A stretch of 62,416 nucleotides of DNA, counting the filler, from Circinaria calcarea (Eukaryota): the NCBI GenBank assembly GCA_051942165.1. It is 3 parts of 3 records of this genome, joined end to end, with 100 filler letters (N's around TTAATTAATTAA, not from the genome) between each part and the next. Parts side by side here need not be neighbours in the genome. Positions count along the whole stretch, not along the records: positions 1 to 20,766 come from JAVECS010000164.1; positions 20,867 to 41,599 come from JAVECS010000165.1; 1 more part is not named here. One strand, given 5' to 3'. The notes beneath the pieces are model-generated. The model was not told the origin of the DNA. It did not search any database and saw nothing but the letters and a program-made list of their open reading frames with translations. How positions within the stretch are numbered: position 1 is the stretch's first letter; each line of letters opens with the position of its first letter. The position numbers were made by a program, and so were the translations under genes. Shown here in pieces: positions 10,940 through 23,579 of the stretch.

Positions 10940-13900
10940 ATGGAAGGCGCTTTTACACATCTGGGCAATCACCTAATCTCGGATTCGGCGTCCACGATCA
11001 ATGCCGGGGATGATCTATCTACCATAGATCCCGACGAGAGCATTTTGGACAGGGAATATGGAAAGGGCAACCTGACTGGAGGTCCCAGGAGGAGGAGACA
11101 CGATGACGAAGATGAAGGGACGGAGGCCTTTGACGACGATGATATGGAGAGTATGGTTAGCATGCCCGTGGACGGGGTGAACGGCAAGCCAGGAGCACGA
11201 GTTGAAGAGGAGAAAGAGTTGCCGCCACATGCCTGCGCGTGAGTCTCTACTGGCAACATGAGCCCCAGCCTAGGAGATTTGCGTGTCATTTTCAAAAGGC
11301 TAACCACTTCCACTATGTAGATATTGTGGGATTCATAACCCTAGCAGCGTGGTCCGCTGTTTGGCCTGTAGCAAATGGTTCTGTAGCGCTCGTGGGAACA
11401 CATCTTCCTCCCATATTATCAATCATTTAGTTCGCGCGCGGCACAAAGAGGTACAGCTTCACCCGGGTTCTTCATTGGGAGAGACGGTGTTGGAATGTTA
11501 CAATTGTGGCACGAAAAACGTGTTCCTCTTGGGCTTCATCCCTGCCAAGTCGGATACAGTGGTGGTTCTCCTTTGCCGTCAGCCATGTGCTGCGATGCCT
11601 TCATCAAAGGATATGAATTGGGATGTCTCACGCTGGCAGCCTTTGATCGAAGACCGGTCATTCCTACCTTGGCTGGTTTCGGCACCATCGGATCAGGAGC
11701 AACTACGCGCACGGCATCTCAGCCCCCAGATGATTGCAAAATTGGAGGAGATGTGGAAAGATAACTCAGCGGCTACAATCGCAGATCTTGAAAAAGGAGC
11801 GGGTGTCGATGACGAGCCCGCTCCGGTGCTTTTGCGCTACGATGATGCCTATCAATACCAAAATGTATTTGGTCCCTTGGTAAAGATCGAGGCGGACTAT
11901 GACAGAAAACTCAAGGAGTCCCAATCACAAGACGGTCTCGTTGTACGATGGGATTTTGGACTAAACAACAAGCACTTGGCAAGCTTCGTTCTACCAAAGC
12001 TTGAGTTAGGTGATGTCAAGCTCGCTGTTGGGGATGAGATGCGTATCAAATACACTGGAGAGCTGCGACCTCAATGGGAAGGGGTTGGATACGTTATCAA
12101 GATTCCCAATAACCAGTCAGACGAAGTGACCATAGAGCTTCGCGCCAAGGGAGACCACAAGTCGGTTCCAACAGAATGCACACACAATTTCAGCGCTGAC
12201 TACGTCTGGAAGGCCACGTCCTTTGATCGTATGCAGCTAGCTATGAAGACGTTTGCAGTGGATGAGATGAGCGTTTCGGGCTACATTTTCCATCGGCTTC
12301 TCGGGCACGAGGTTGCGGCAGCAGCAATGAAGACGCAGATGCCTAAGAAATACAGCGTGCCGGGCTTACCGGAGCTGAACGGAAGTCAGATCAACGCGGT
12401 CAAGAGCGTACTCCAAAAGCCATTGAGTTTAATTCAAGGGCCACCTGGCACGGGGAAAACGGTAACCTCAGCCACGATTATCTATCACCTCGCAAAAATC
12501 AATGGAGGTCAAGTGCTTGTTTGCGCTCCGTCGAACGTTGCCGTTGATCAACTTTGCGAACGAATCCACAAGACGGGTCTAAAGACAGTTCGTGTCACCG
12601 CGAAGTCTCGTGAGGACGTGGAATCCCCCGTCGGTTTTCTTTCATTGCATGAGCAAGTTCGCATGAATGACAGTAACATCGAACTTGTTAAACTCAATCA
12701 GTTAAAGAGTGAACTTGGAGAGCTGTCCAGCCAAGACGAGAAGAAGTTCAAGCAGCTAAACCGCAATGCCGAGCGCGAGATTCTGATGAATGCAGACGTA
12801 ATCTGCTGTACCTGCGTTGGGGCGGGCGACCCCCGAATCGGCAAGTTCAAATTTCGGACGGTCCTCATTGACGAGTCTACTCAGTCTGCTGAACCCGAGT
12901 GTATGATCCCACTTGTGCTTGGCTGTAAGCAGGTTGTCCTTGTGGGTGACCACCAGCAACTGGGCCCCGTCATCATGAACAAGAAGGCTGCCAAAGCTGG
13001 TCTAAACCAATCCCTGTTCGAACGGCTTGTGATCCTGGGTTGTGCGCCGATCCGATTAAACGTTCAATATCGTATGCATCCATGTTTATCTGAATTCCCG
13101 TCCAACATGTTCTACGAGGGATCTCTGCAGAACGGTGTGACTATGCAACAGCGCATTCGTCGAGATGTGGACTTCCCCTGGCCTGTTGTCGACTCGCCGA
13201 TGATGTTCTGGTCAAATCTGGGCAACGAGGAAATCTCTGCGTCTGGTACATCTTACCTTAATCGCACCGAGGCAACCAATGTTGAAAAGATCATCACACG
13301 CTTCTTCAAAGCGGGTGTGCAGCCGAGTGACATTGGGATCATTACACCCTACGAGGGTCAGAGGAGTTATGTCGTCAGCTCAATGCAGACCAATGGGACA
13401 TTTAAGAAGGAGAACTACAAGGAAATCGAGGTTGCATCCGTTGATGCTTTCCAAGGACGAGAAAAAGATTTTATTGTCTTGTCCTGTGTACGGTCCAACG
13501 ATCATCAGGGTATTGGGTTCTTAAGTGATCCTCGCCGTCTGAACGTTGCCCTCACTCGTGCCAAGTATGGCCTGGTCATTCTGGGTAATCCCAAAGTACT
13601 CTCTAAACACCCCCTGTGGCACTACCTACTTCTTCACTTCAAGGAGCGGAATTGCCTGGTCGAAGGACCCCTTTCCAACTTGCAAATATCTTTACTCCAA
13701 TTCAGTCGACCCAAGCAGTCATATCGCGGGCCTCAACGCTATCAGATGGCATACCAACATGCGTCAAACATGGCAGGTGGTATGACGAATGGGCGAAATG
13801 GCCATCGTCAAGAGTACAACGACTCTGGATCTATTGTTGGCTATATTCCCGACGATGTGTCGTCTGTGCACTCGTCCGCCATCGGTGGCGTCGGGGTACC

Positions 13901-14243
13901 TTCAACCTACCCGCAAATGTTCTCAGGCTTTCAAGATACCTGGCCCACACTCAACGGTGGGCGACGCACAAATGGCGCCAAGAGCCGTGCTGGTACCGAG
14001 AGCGTTGCGGGCGAGTCGGTAGCAGCTACAGAATCTGATATCAACGGGGCAAGTACCGTTGATGGCAAAGGAGGGGTTAGCCTTGCTGGGCTTAGCATCA
14101 ACGACGCCAAACAGACAAGTCTCAGTCAGTCTGATCGGTTGAAACGATACGTTGAGTCCGGTGGAAACTCATCGAGAGACGACGATGCTCGAAGTGTATC
14201 CACTGCGTTTGCCAGCCAAGTTGGTCTTGGTAATTACGACTGA
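10940..14243 (+). CDS. UPF1: Nonsense-mediated decay SF1 RNA helicase Upf1/Nam7; one intron 11239-11320
   Basis: Splicing GTGAGT...GCTAAC...TAG gives [20 protein letters not shown] (CH zinc domain). Helicase motifs [38 protein letters not shown]. Confidence 0.98.
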
Positions 14244-15747
14244 TCTGATCTCTAAAGCGTTGACCATCTTCAGCTATGAAGGAGAAAAGATGTGCATTGG
14301 GCGAGATTATCTGAACCGCAATTACCGAAGCGAAAACACTCGAACGTCAAACCATGCGCCTAGACCGGCCGGTGTAGGTCCTCCATCTTAACGGAGCGAT
14401 TCCGACGCCCCCAGATACTTCCAATACAAGGATATCTGCCGGGCCAATTAAATCGCACCGCTCAATCCAGCTTAACCGATACCACAGCAGCGGTCCAAGT
14501 GATGGTTGGGGGGAGATGGGAATCTTGCACGGAACACTCTCGTCGCCATCACACGACTTGGTCTCGTCGACGAGCCCTGCATGACGGAAATTCCCAGTGT
14601 GCGCTGGCCCTTTAGTGCCGGATGGCAGTCAAGTATCATCAATTTGCAAAAGTTGTCCTTTCGAAACCGCCTCTGCGGTAATGCCTTCTAGACCGCTTTT
14701 GCAGTCTCCACACTCATTTAGTACCGGCGAACCTGATTTGCATGCTCTTGCTTCAGATCAAATGCCACTCGCTGAATCGATCCATTAATTTTATATTCTT
14801 GGGAAATGTGAATGCACCACTGTATATGAAACGTGATATGTGTGGACCTGCAGTAGTGCCCAATTCACCAACACGTATTGAACTTGCTGTACTCGGCAAC
14901 TTCCGTTGCATGCATTCAAGCAGGCCCCAATCCACCAGAATGTCAGCGCTGGTCATCGTAGCTAGTTTCTAAGGAGAGGTGATTGGGTACAGGGGGGGCA
15001 CGCATACCTCTTTACATGCAGAGTAGTACTCCTGAGAAAATGCGGGTTGCCTAAAGTCTTGAGCATGATTACTTGACTACAATTATCTTGTAAATCCAGG
15101 AGCCATCCAATATCATGTATGACTAAATTCGGGGCAATCTCCTATCTTCTATCCTCCACGCCCGGCATTTTTCTCTCTCTCACGGCTAGGGCCGGTGTAT
15201 AACAAAAGGAGATTCCGAGCTAGAAGGGTTACTTTTGTGCTGGGGGCATGCACTTCGTATGGATTGGTAAGTGTCGATCTGAATGACAGCACCCTCGATC
15301 GATACTAGTTTCTCAGTCTGCCGCAGAAGGCTGGATGAATTAAGGACCATGAAACATATCCCGGCTGGTCTGAACCAATCATCCCGCAGGCCTCTTTTAA
15401 TGGTTATGTCGCATCCAACCATGCCATCCGTATCGGGCGCGCCCTCCAGCTGCATACAAGGGTTACAAAGGAAGCGTGGCGTACGGCTGGTGCTAGGTAG
15501 GAATAGCACGAGATTCCATAAACGAGGGTATCGAAAGGACTTACAGTGTACGCCATCCTTGGGCTAAACTCCATGTTTTGGCAATCTCGAGATTGTTCGA
15601 GACCGGTGATGGGTGTGTCGATCACCCCGCCGGAGGGCGTCCGAACCGACAAATCCAAGTCGCATGATTTGTGAACTCGGCGCTGAAACTCCCTTTGCAG
15701 CGGCAACGAAACCCTGCCGTCCTGAGTCCCAATCTAATCTTCGCCTC

Positions 15748-16966
15748 ATGACCCAAATGGCTACTAGTCGTAAGGAGATGGGAGTGCTGGCCTACAGGTA
15801 CTATCGTGACGGGTTCCAGACCGCCTGGCTTGCCATCATTTCATCTGCTCGAGATTTTGATTTCCGGGATTGGAACCGTCTCTGGCCCATCTTCATCGGT
15901 GCTCTACTACTACCACTCTCGTATTTATTCCTGAGACGCATAGCAGGCTTCTCGTCTTTGGCAGTATTGATGGGGGATTCAAATGGTACAGGCAGCACGT
16001 CGGCGGCTGCACCCGCCACCACCACCGACTCGTCGTCGCCGGAGGATATATGCACTGGAGATATCAAAGTATCAAAGAATCTACCTACCAAGACCGATTT
16101 GGAGAAATGTGCCGAGCTGCCTGTTCTAGATGTACACAGTAAAAAACATACATTCGAGTCTCTATACTCTGGCGAACGAGCAGCCCGTCATGTACTGGTC
16201 CTGTTCATCAGACATTTCTTCTGCGGAGTAAGCCATACAGGATTCGAGAAAATGGTTAGAGGCCTAGCTGACAAGATTTCAGAACTGCCAGGAGTACCTT
16301 CGCGAACTATGTTCATCCATAACGCCCGAGTCCCTCCTCTCCCTTCCGATCCCTACGGAAATCGTCATCGTCGGCTGCGGCAAGCCAGATCTGATATCCT
16401 TTTACGCAGCGGAAACGAAATGCCCCTTTCCTATCTATGCCGATCCTACCAAGGAGCTGTTTTCTCGCCTCGGTATGGCGCGCACTTTGGAACTCGGACC
16501 ACGCAGACCGGATTATATGCAATCCTCTCTACTCACATTGATACTCAAGTCCGGCCTCCAAATTTTCCGGAGTGGACGTAATGCCTTCTCCGGCGGGGAC
16601 TACTGGCAAGTGGGTGGCGAGTTCTTATTCGAGGATGGGCAAGTTAGATGGTGTCATCGGATGAAAAATACTCGAGATCATGTCGAGGTGATAGAGCTGA
16701 GGAAGCAGCTTGGGCTGGACGATGAGCGGCCGCCGGTGCGGAAGACATGGAGCATGAATCTGACGAATTCCAGCATGGCGAGGTCGTTGTCGACCAAGCG
16801 TCAAAGCTGGTCAAGAAATAGCAGCAGGAGGCGGGAAAGTAAGGATATCAGTAAAGAGGGAAGCTTGATGGATCGGAACAGCGTGATGGAGAAGGTGAGG
16901 GAGGAGAAGGAGGTTAATGTCAACGGGGATGGGGGGTCGACTGGTACGGCGAATGGACACGTGTAG
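15748..16966 (+). CDS. AhpC/TSA-type peroxiredoxin-like (PRXL2/FAM213-like) protein; intron 16228-16282; start uncertain (15748 or 15970)
   Basis: Splicing GTAAGC...CTGAC...CAG gives VLFIRHFFCG|NCQEYLREL, then IYADPTKELFSRLGM and GGDYWQVGGEFLFEDGQVRWCHRMKNTRDH. Confidence 0.85.
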
Positions 16967-17659
16967 ATCTACGCGATGAGGCTTTTGTTGAGGTGGCTCT
17001 TCTTCGGCTCTTCGGGTATTTTTGGGGTACTTTTGATTTGGCCTGGTCGATACCCGGAATTTCGTGGGGGAGTTTCTGTCTCTTTTGATATGTTGAACGT
17101 CGATGAATATAGCTTAGTGGCGCTTAGTTTGACAAGACTGGCATGTAGCCTTTCTCCCTGGCTACCAAACGATTTATTCTGCCACCGTATGAGGGTTATT
17201 TCGACGCGGTGAATAAAGCTCATGTTAGGCACCGACGGAGTTTCTGCACTTGTGCGAAGATTTGATTCTGCCTGGGGTCCACAAAAGGTTGCGGTCACGC
17301 TGAAAGTCCAGAACTCGAACTGCCTTAACTCAGCCGCGCCCGCTTGGCTTGCATAAGTATGGAAACACCGACTTTCTTCGACGTGTACACATGAGACATT
17401 TTTTCTGCGTTTGACTCGACAGTCGAAGCTCTTTGGAGGAAACTGCTACTTCGATCGAGGCTTAGATGCGAAGCAGACTGGGTACCACTCAAATTCGCAC
17501 CGGTAGGATCCAGCTGTGGCTTTCGAGTCCGGACAATTCCCATCTTCCCGAAGGCTGTGCAGTCTAGAGGGATTTGCACACATCCAAAGTAAATATGAAC
17601 CTTCTCCCTGAAGATCCAGCTGTAAGATCCTGAGAACCTTTACCTTACCCTCCTCCACC

Positions 17660-18838
17660 ATGATGCACTTCCTGGACTCGTTTGACCAGCTTCAGCTTGA
17701 CATCGTCGGCTTGCAAGTACCCTATCCTCCTTAAGAATCGAGAAACGCGGCTAACCGGCTATCCAGCCTCGCTATCCTCGGCGAAGCCTCCGTCCTCGCC
17801 AACGCCCAAGTTTCAACTCTTTCCAAGTTCACCTTCCTTCCACGTTTAGTACCAGCCCCGCAAGCCCTGATCAGGACGTCCCGGCCTGAACGTCTCGAGC
17901 CTTCGTCCGGTAAGGTGGTGGGATCGCATTCCGGCAACGTCAAGCAGCAGATCAACCATGTTGCTCATATCCTCCACAACGACAAGAGTTTGTCCGAATT
18001 TTCGGTACGGTGCGTCCAAGTCAAGAAGAATCTGGACATGCCACCTGTCAAAGCCTCCTCAAAGGGACCGTTGACCTGGCTCTCCATTCTCGGATTTCTA
18101 CTGTCCATTGCCCTCGTGATTCTCTCGGTGAAAGAGCAGGATCCCTTTGCACTGATCGCCACCGTTCTCCTATCGTTCCTCTCTACAATCATCGGTATTG
18201 GGTCGAAGTGGTCTCTGGAGCTTCCAAAGCGGAGGGCTACGCGTCCTGTTCCGGAAAGCGATGTGATCATCTGTTATCCTCATGGAGCATTTCTCATCGT
18301 GAAATGCGAGGAAGCCATTGCGAGAGAGCTCTATTGGGCACGGGAAAAGTGCAATTATATGGTGGGCGTCGAGGTGTACCGGTTCATTTCGCTGGTTGGA
18401 ACCCTGATGCTCATGTTTGGAGTTATCGCCCTTGCAAACGCCAAACTCACCCTACAAATAGCTTTTGCAGCCGCCTACATTATCCTTAATGCCGCCTATT
18501 GGGTGGTTGCCGCACTTCCCCAACGACTACACTGGGATCTTTCCTCTTATGAGACGCAAGAGGAAGACTTTGTCAAGCTAGATGGAGGGAACGAAAACTT
18601 TACAGCGGCATTGTGGGAAGCGATTGCGATTACTCGCTCCGTCGACTGGGTGAAAAACGCCGACATCGCACCATTGTCTAAAGAATGGAAGGAATGGCTG
18701 AACAAAGCTGAGGAAATGGCTGGTTTGCCACGCGGAAAGAAAGATCCGGAGACCAACGCCACCACTCTACCGTACTGGGACTGTCAAGCGGCCCTGACCG
18801 AGTTCCTCAAGCCGGACAATGCTGCGAAGAACGTTTAG
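17660..18838 (+). CDS. Fungal multi-pass membrane protein of unknown function; GC-AG intron 17713-17766
   Basis: Exon 1 MMHFLDSFDQLQLDIVG joins FLAILGEASV...LPRLVPAPQALIR and continues in the frame of ORF 17915-18838, which has about four hydrophobic helices. Confidence 0.85.
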
Positions 18839-19771
18839 GTGCTTCCGGGCTCTCATTTCTGAAGATATAACGAAACCTACGACATTTACTCTACAAGTAC
18901 ATAGTTATGAAGGCGGCGACCGCTGCTCCTGATACCCTGTTATATATTAACCAGTGAGCATTTATTCTTTTCGAGCGCAGCCATCGCTTGTACCTCGATG
19001 TGTGCACCGACAGGCGTCTCGAAGCATCATTAGCGTCTAAAACTGGAGACATGATGGATTCACGGCTTGGGTGTCCAGACCTCCATTTCACCAGATTCGG
19101 TACTAGTTCTATATCTACTGCTAGCCCTGTCTCATATGTTACTCATTTAATATGTATATCACGCTGCGTCTTTTCAATGTGACTACCAGAAGTCCCATTC
19201 ATTGGCTTGCGGAAAACGTCTTTTATCGCATAAACTAGCATACTGATTTTCAGGTTTTGCCTTTCTTAAGCAATTGAGCTGACTTGTATCGATCAAATCA
19301 ATGGCTTTCTCGATGTTGTCTTCACATTGATGTACCCAATGTCGTTGTCTCTCTCGCACATTTCAGCCAGCACCAGGCGGTTTTGCCGCCTATGTTCAAT
19401 CCACTGTGATTAAGTGTGCACTTCTGTCGGATCTAGATACCCAGGTGATACGTCTAAATGCCCCGAGTCCCTCCTTGGATGGAAGCATTAATGCCGCTGG
19501 ATGCTGTGGCAGGCCGCAGAAACTCTCCATCGCTAAGGTTGCTTATATTGAAACCGTTCCAAGGAATAGATGCTATATCAAAGGTTGGAATACCAAAGGC
19601 CTTGGGGTACCCTCTCATTGATTCGTTTCAGTTATTGCTTCCATCTCTATGGTCCTCTCTTGTATATCTTTTTATCCTAATATCAAGCTCTGGGTGAGTA
19701 ATACCCAGTCTTTTAAGCCAGGTTTTCAGTAAAAGCCTTGATTCATTTTAGCCTTATCACACAGCCTCAAC

Positions 19772-20766
19772 ATGCGAGATTTCATAGCCTTAGGCCTCTT
19801 GGCCTTGGCTCAGTCAGTCTCCTTTGGCTTGGCAACACCGATGCCATTTTCATCTGGGGGAGATGCGCCAAGTGCATCAAGCATGATCCTGCGCCGTTTG
19901 ATAGGTGGCGCACCAAGGTCTTTGCGAGTCCGACCTGTCTGACAATGCTTCCAATATCGTGGCCGGAACGTAGGTCGGATAGCTTTCATTCATCGACCCT
20001 TGTAGTCCACCAAGCAAGCATGGCTGAAACTTTGGTGACCTTCAGACTTATAACTCCAAGGCTAAACGCCACTCCTCTCGCCATCGTCCCGTGGATGGTA
20101 TCATGGGCCGGGCGGACGACAGCAGCACATGGTAACTTCTTCCTTTTCTTAGCAAACCAGACGCGGCCCAGCACAATCCCAACATCCCTTCACTCCACGA
20201 TGGTTATACTCCTCCCTCCCATGACCATCTCGTTCCTCGCCACGAGGTAGAAGCCGGCGACGCCTCCTTCTGGACCGGCGATCCATCCTCCGAAACCAGG
20301 CAACTGACTCCTCTTTCCCACCACGTTTGTCATCTCACTCCTGACACCAACCCCACTTCCACCTCCCAAGCCCTTGAATCCCGCGGCTACCGCTCCTCGG
20401 CCCGCTGGTGCGCCTTCACCACCAAAACTTACATCTACATCACGCCCTTTCACCCTCCCACGACCCCTCTCCCCGACCTCGCCGGGCTCCTCTAATCTTC
20501 CTACCAAGACATTATGGCGCACATCCGCAGCCTCCCGCCAAAGACGGCGTCATCGCCGGTGGCAAATTCGATACCGTCCGGCCCAAAAACGGCGCGAATG
20601 CCCAGTTGAGGTTTCATGCCGAGAGCGCGGGTAAGCAGAATCTCACGTGGGGGGTTTCTGAGGGCGGCGGTGACGGGACTGAATGATTGGATGGCGAGTT
20701 CGCAGGGAGGAAGAGGAGGAGGGGGGTATATAGGTGCGGGGTTTGGGATCTGGGACGGGGCGATGC
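19772..20766 (+). CDS. Putative secreted protein with broken reading frames (introns, sequencing errors or a pseudogene), truncated by the gap
   Basis: Signal-peptide-like MRDFIALGLLALAQSVSFGLATP at 19772. Near the contig end DGVIAGGKFD...NLTWG continues as FLRAAVTGLNDWM if one G is removed from the G6 run at ~20649-20654. No clean exon model could be built. Confidence 0.4.
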
Positions 20767-20866
20767 NNNNNNNNNNNNNNNNNNNNNNNNNNNNNNNNNN
20801 NNNNNNNNNNTTAATTAATTAANNNNNNNNNNNNNNNNNNNNNNNNNNNNNNNNNNNNNNNNNNNN
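20767..20866. other. Artificial contig linker (44 N + TTAATTAATTAA + 44 N)
   Basis: Exactly 100 nt with a six-frame stop cassette; identical to the linker at 41600-41699. Confidence 0.97.
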
Positions 20867-21648
20867 TCTGTAGCTTGCGGACATCCATCGTGGCGACAAA
20901 AGAAGCCTTTGCTATGCCGATTGAAGTGCTTGCGGAGATCGCAGGGCCGAGAGAAAACGGCTTTGGATGCACAGCTGGGATAGGCGCAGCGCCAAGTACG
21001 TTGGTCGTCGTTTAAAAATCCGTAATTATCAAGATCCGTAGGCTTAGGGGAGGACGATTCCGGGGTTGTCGAGGGCCGTGGAAACTGAATAAATGATCCT
21101 TGATCAACGCCCCAAGCGGAAAAGTCTGCTTGAGAAGGGTCGGGATGAAAGAACTCTCTGCCTTGCACTGACGTATGCGCAACGTCCCAGCGCGGATCTA
21201 TGGGTGGAGTTGTTGTCGTTCCTGACGATGATTGTGATGGGTAACTAGATTGCTCAAAGATGCGGCGAGCCCCTTCTTCTTCGCCTCTCAATGCTCTCTC
21301 AGCCTCCTCTGACAGGAACTCAGGTAGGTGAGACATCTTTTCCTGAGCGTGGATGGACTCAATCGTCAATGTCGAACGGGAGGGGTTAGGATATAGGCTC
21401 CTTGTTAGGTCGATCCGAGGTGACTGGATCCTATCGTAGTTGATAAGTTGAGTAGGTAGGTAGAAGCCGGATGAAGACGTCTCAAAGGTTGATAATTCAG
21501 ATGGCGTTTTATATGGGACATGACAGTCAAAGTCTCGTTCCGTCAACATATTATACACGGGGTAATCTACCAAAGCGGCACAATGTTTCAAGATGAGGCG
21601 TATGGTAGCGTTACCACAGCTGAAGAACAGCTCGGCCACCTCGGTCAT
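20867..21648 (-). CDS. C2H2 zinc-finger transcription factor, 3' truncated by the gap; true start may be MSHLPEF near 21336
   Basis: WRCAYPSCASKAVFSRPCDLRKHFNRHSKGFFCRHDGCPQAT at the end of the ORF. Confidence 0.8.
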
Positions 21649-23579
21649 ATAGTCCTGGGATAACCATCACTTTAAGGTCGGAACGTATATAGTAGATGCA
21701 GGAGCCGTGTGGTCGGCTTACGGGTCCTATCCTAAGAAGCTTGCAGCGGGCCCAGTTCACGCATTTGAATTATGCAAGTCAGATATCACCCCATCCAGAG
21801 CAGCGTGTAGAAAAAGGAGAAGCTTCGTTTACCATGAGATCGACGGTTACGGTGATAATAAAAGGTTCATTTCACTATCTTGATTGGTCGAATGTTCTAA
21901 GGATGGGTTCGAAAGGGAGGCCTGCGCCGCGCAGGAGTCAAGAAGGACAAGGGTGGAAGGCGCATGAAAGATCGCAAAACCATCCCCCAGATGACCTAGC
22001 CTGGAAGATTGGGTAAGCCGTACTATCTCGCACTATAAGGGGAGATTCCATGTGGCATGACCTATCAACAGGGTATTGGAGAGAGATGCTATTCGACAGC
22101 CTGGCAGAATGACCCTGGTCCGAACACCACCAGGCCGTGGCGAGCAGCAGGGTCGAGCTGGGGTCTGGGAGATCTGCCTGCAAGAGCCGCAAGATTTCAG
22201 GAGACCACCCGGGTTGTAGGTTACCAACGAACGACCCGGTGAAAGGACCAGACCAGACAATCAAAATACCACCTACCGTGGGGCATGCGTCGGAGCTTCG
22301 GAGTCAGTGAGCGTAGGAAAGGTAAGGTAGAAAAGAAAGATGCAACGAAATCAATTGATTGGTCAAGAGTCTTCTGTCAACTTCCGTCAGAGACTGGCCA
22401 GCTCAACCCATCTACAGGCCGCCTTATCTGGGTGGTTCTTGAATGGCTCCCGTTCCGTTGCTCGGGAAGATGACGGTTCGTCTTGGACGAAAGCGAGCTG
22501 ATTGGCAACGGTGGGGAGGAAAGTTGAGCGTGGGGAGTGTACGGACTCTGCCCGCGAATGCCGCTTGCTAGGCCCAGGAATCACAGAGCACATCAGCGTA
22601 AGCAGTGACATAGGGTCTACTCTGCATATTCCGAGGCATATCCTGACGTAAGGTTGGTCCAGAGGAAGAGTGGTGCTTTTTCAATGCCGCCATGAACGAG
22701 CGTACCTGCGTTGCTACTCCTGAAGGAAGTCGATACACCCACTTTCCCAAGTGGCTCCCCCAAATCAGCAAGGGAATAGAACAGGAACATGAACATGGGA
22801 TGTCGGCTTACTTCGACCAAACTCCGATGTGTGACAGCCGCAGCAGTTGAGATGCGAGAATGTCAGGCCTCCCACCCTCAGGGCTGCAACAACATTTATC
22901 CGGGCTCCCAGTACACCGCCACGAGCTTCGGTAACCCTTGCCACCCGTGCTCTCGGGTCGAGAGGGCATGTAGTCCGAGGGCCTGGGAGCACCGATGAGT
23001 CTGAATGGACTGCGCTCAAAACCCGAAAGGTCCTCCACTTCTTCTACTCCACATATTCTACGCTACGTGGTCGGCCGGCAACGGTAAACAGTGGCAAGGG
23101 AAGATGAAAAGGGGAGACAATGTTCGCTGCACAGGTCATCCGTCGGATGACTGCAATCACCCAGCGCGAGTCGGTGTGATACGACGAGCTACAGAGAGTG
23201 GCCTAAACATCTGGCATCATTCCGTCACGATGCGCTTGGTTGCAACCTTTACAATCAACCAGGAGTCTCCATCAGTCGCATCGTCTGGGCAGAGCTTGAA
23301 TAAAGGTCCCCCATCCTCGCTGAGAATAGCAAAGGAAGCCCAAATGAAGTCTATCGGGGGGCCCTTCCGTAAAGGGGTCACCAAAGCCAAGCCTGTGACA
23401 ACGATAGCTTCATTTTCAACGCCGTTACTCTGGATATTCCGGGAAGCAACCCTGCAACACCTTCGCATACGTAGAGCAAACCCTTGGCATCTTTCGTTCC
23501 GAGCATCAATTCGGTACATCGTGAACACATTGCACGTGAGAGTAAGGAGCTAATCCCACATCAGGATGGGTCTTGACAG

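Noticed and set aside
20811..20822. TTAATTAATTAA palindrome (also at 41644-41655) as a biological site or transposon target
   Set aside because: It is embedded symmetrically in 44-N runs and is a six-frame-stop assembly spacer.
21696..23553. ORFs of 60-182 aa between the two zinc-finger genes
   Set aside because: No recognisable domain, coding-like composition or consistent splice pattern.
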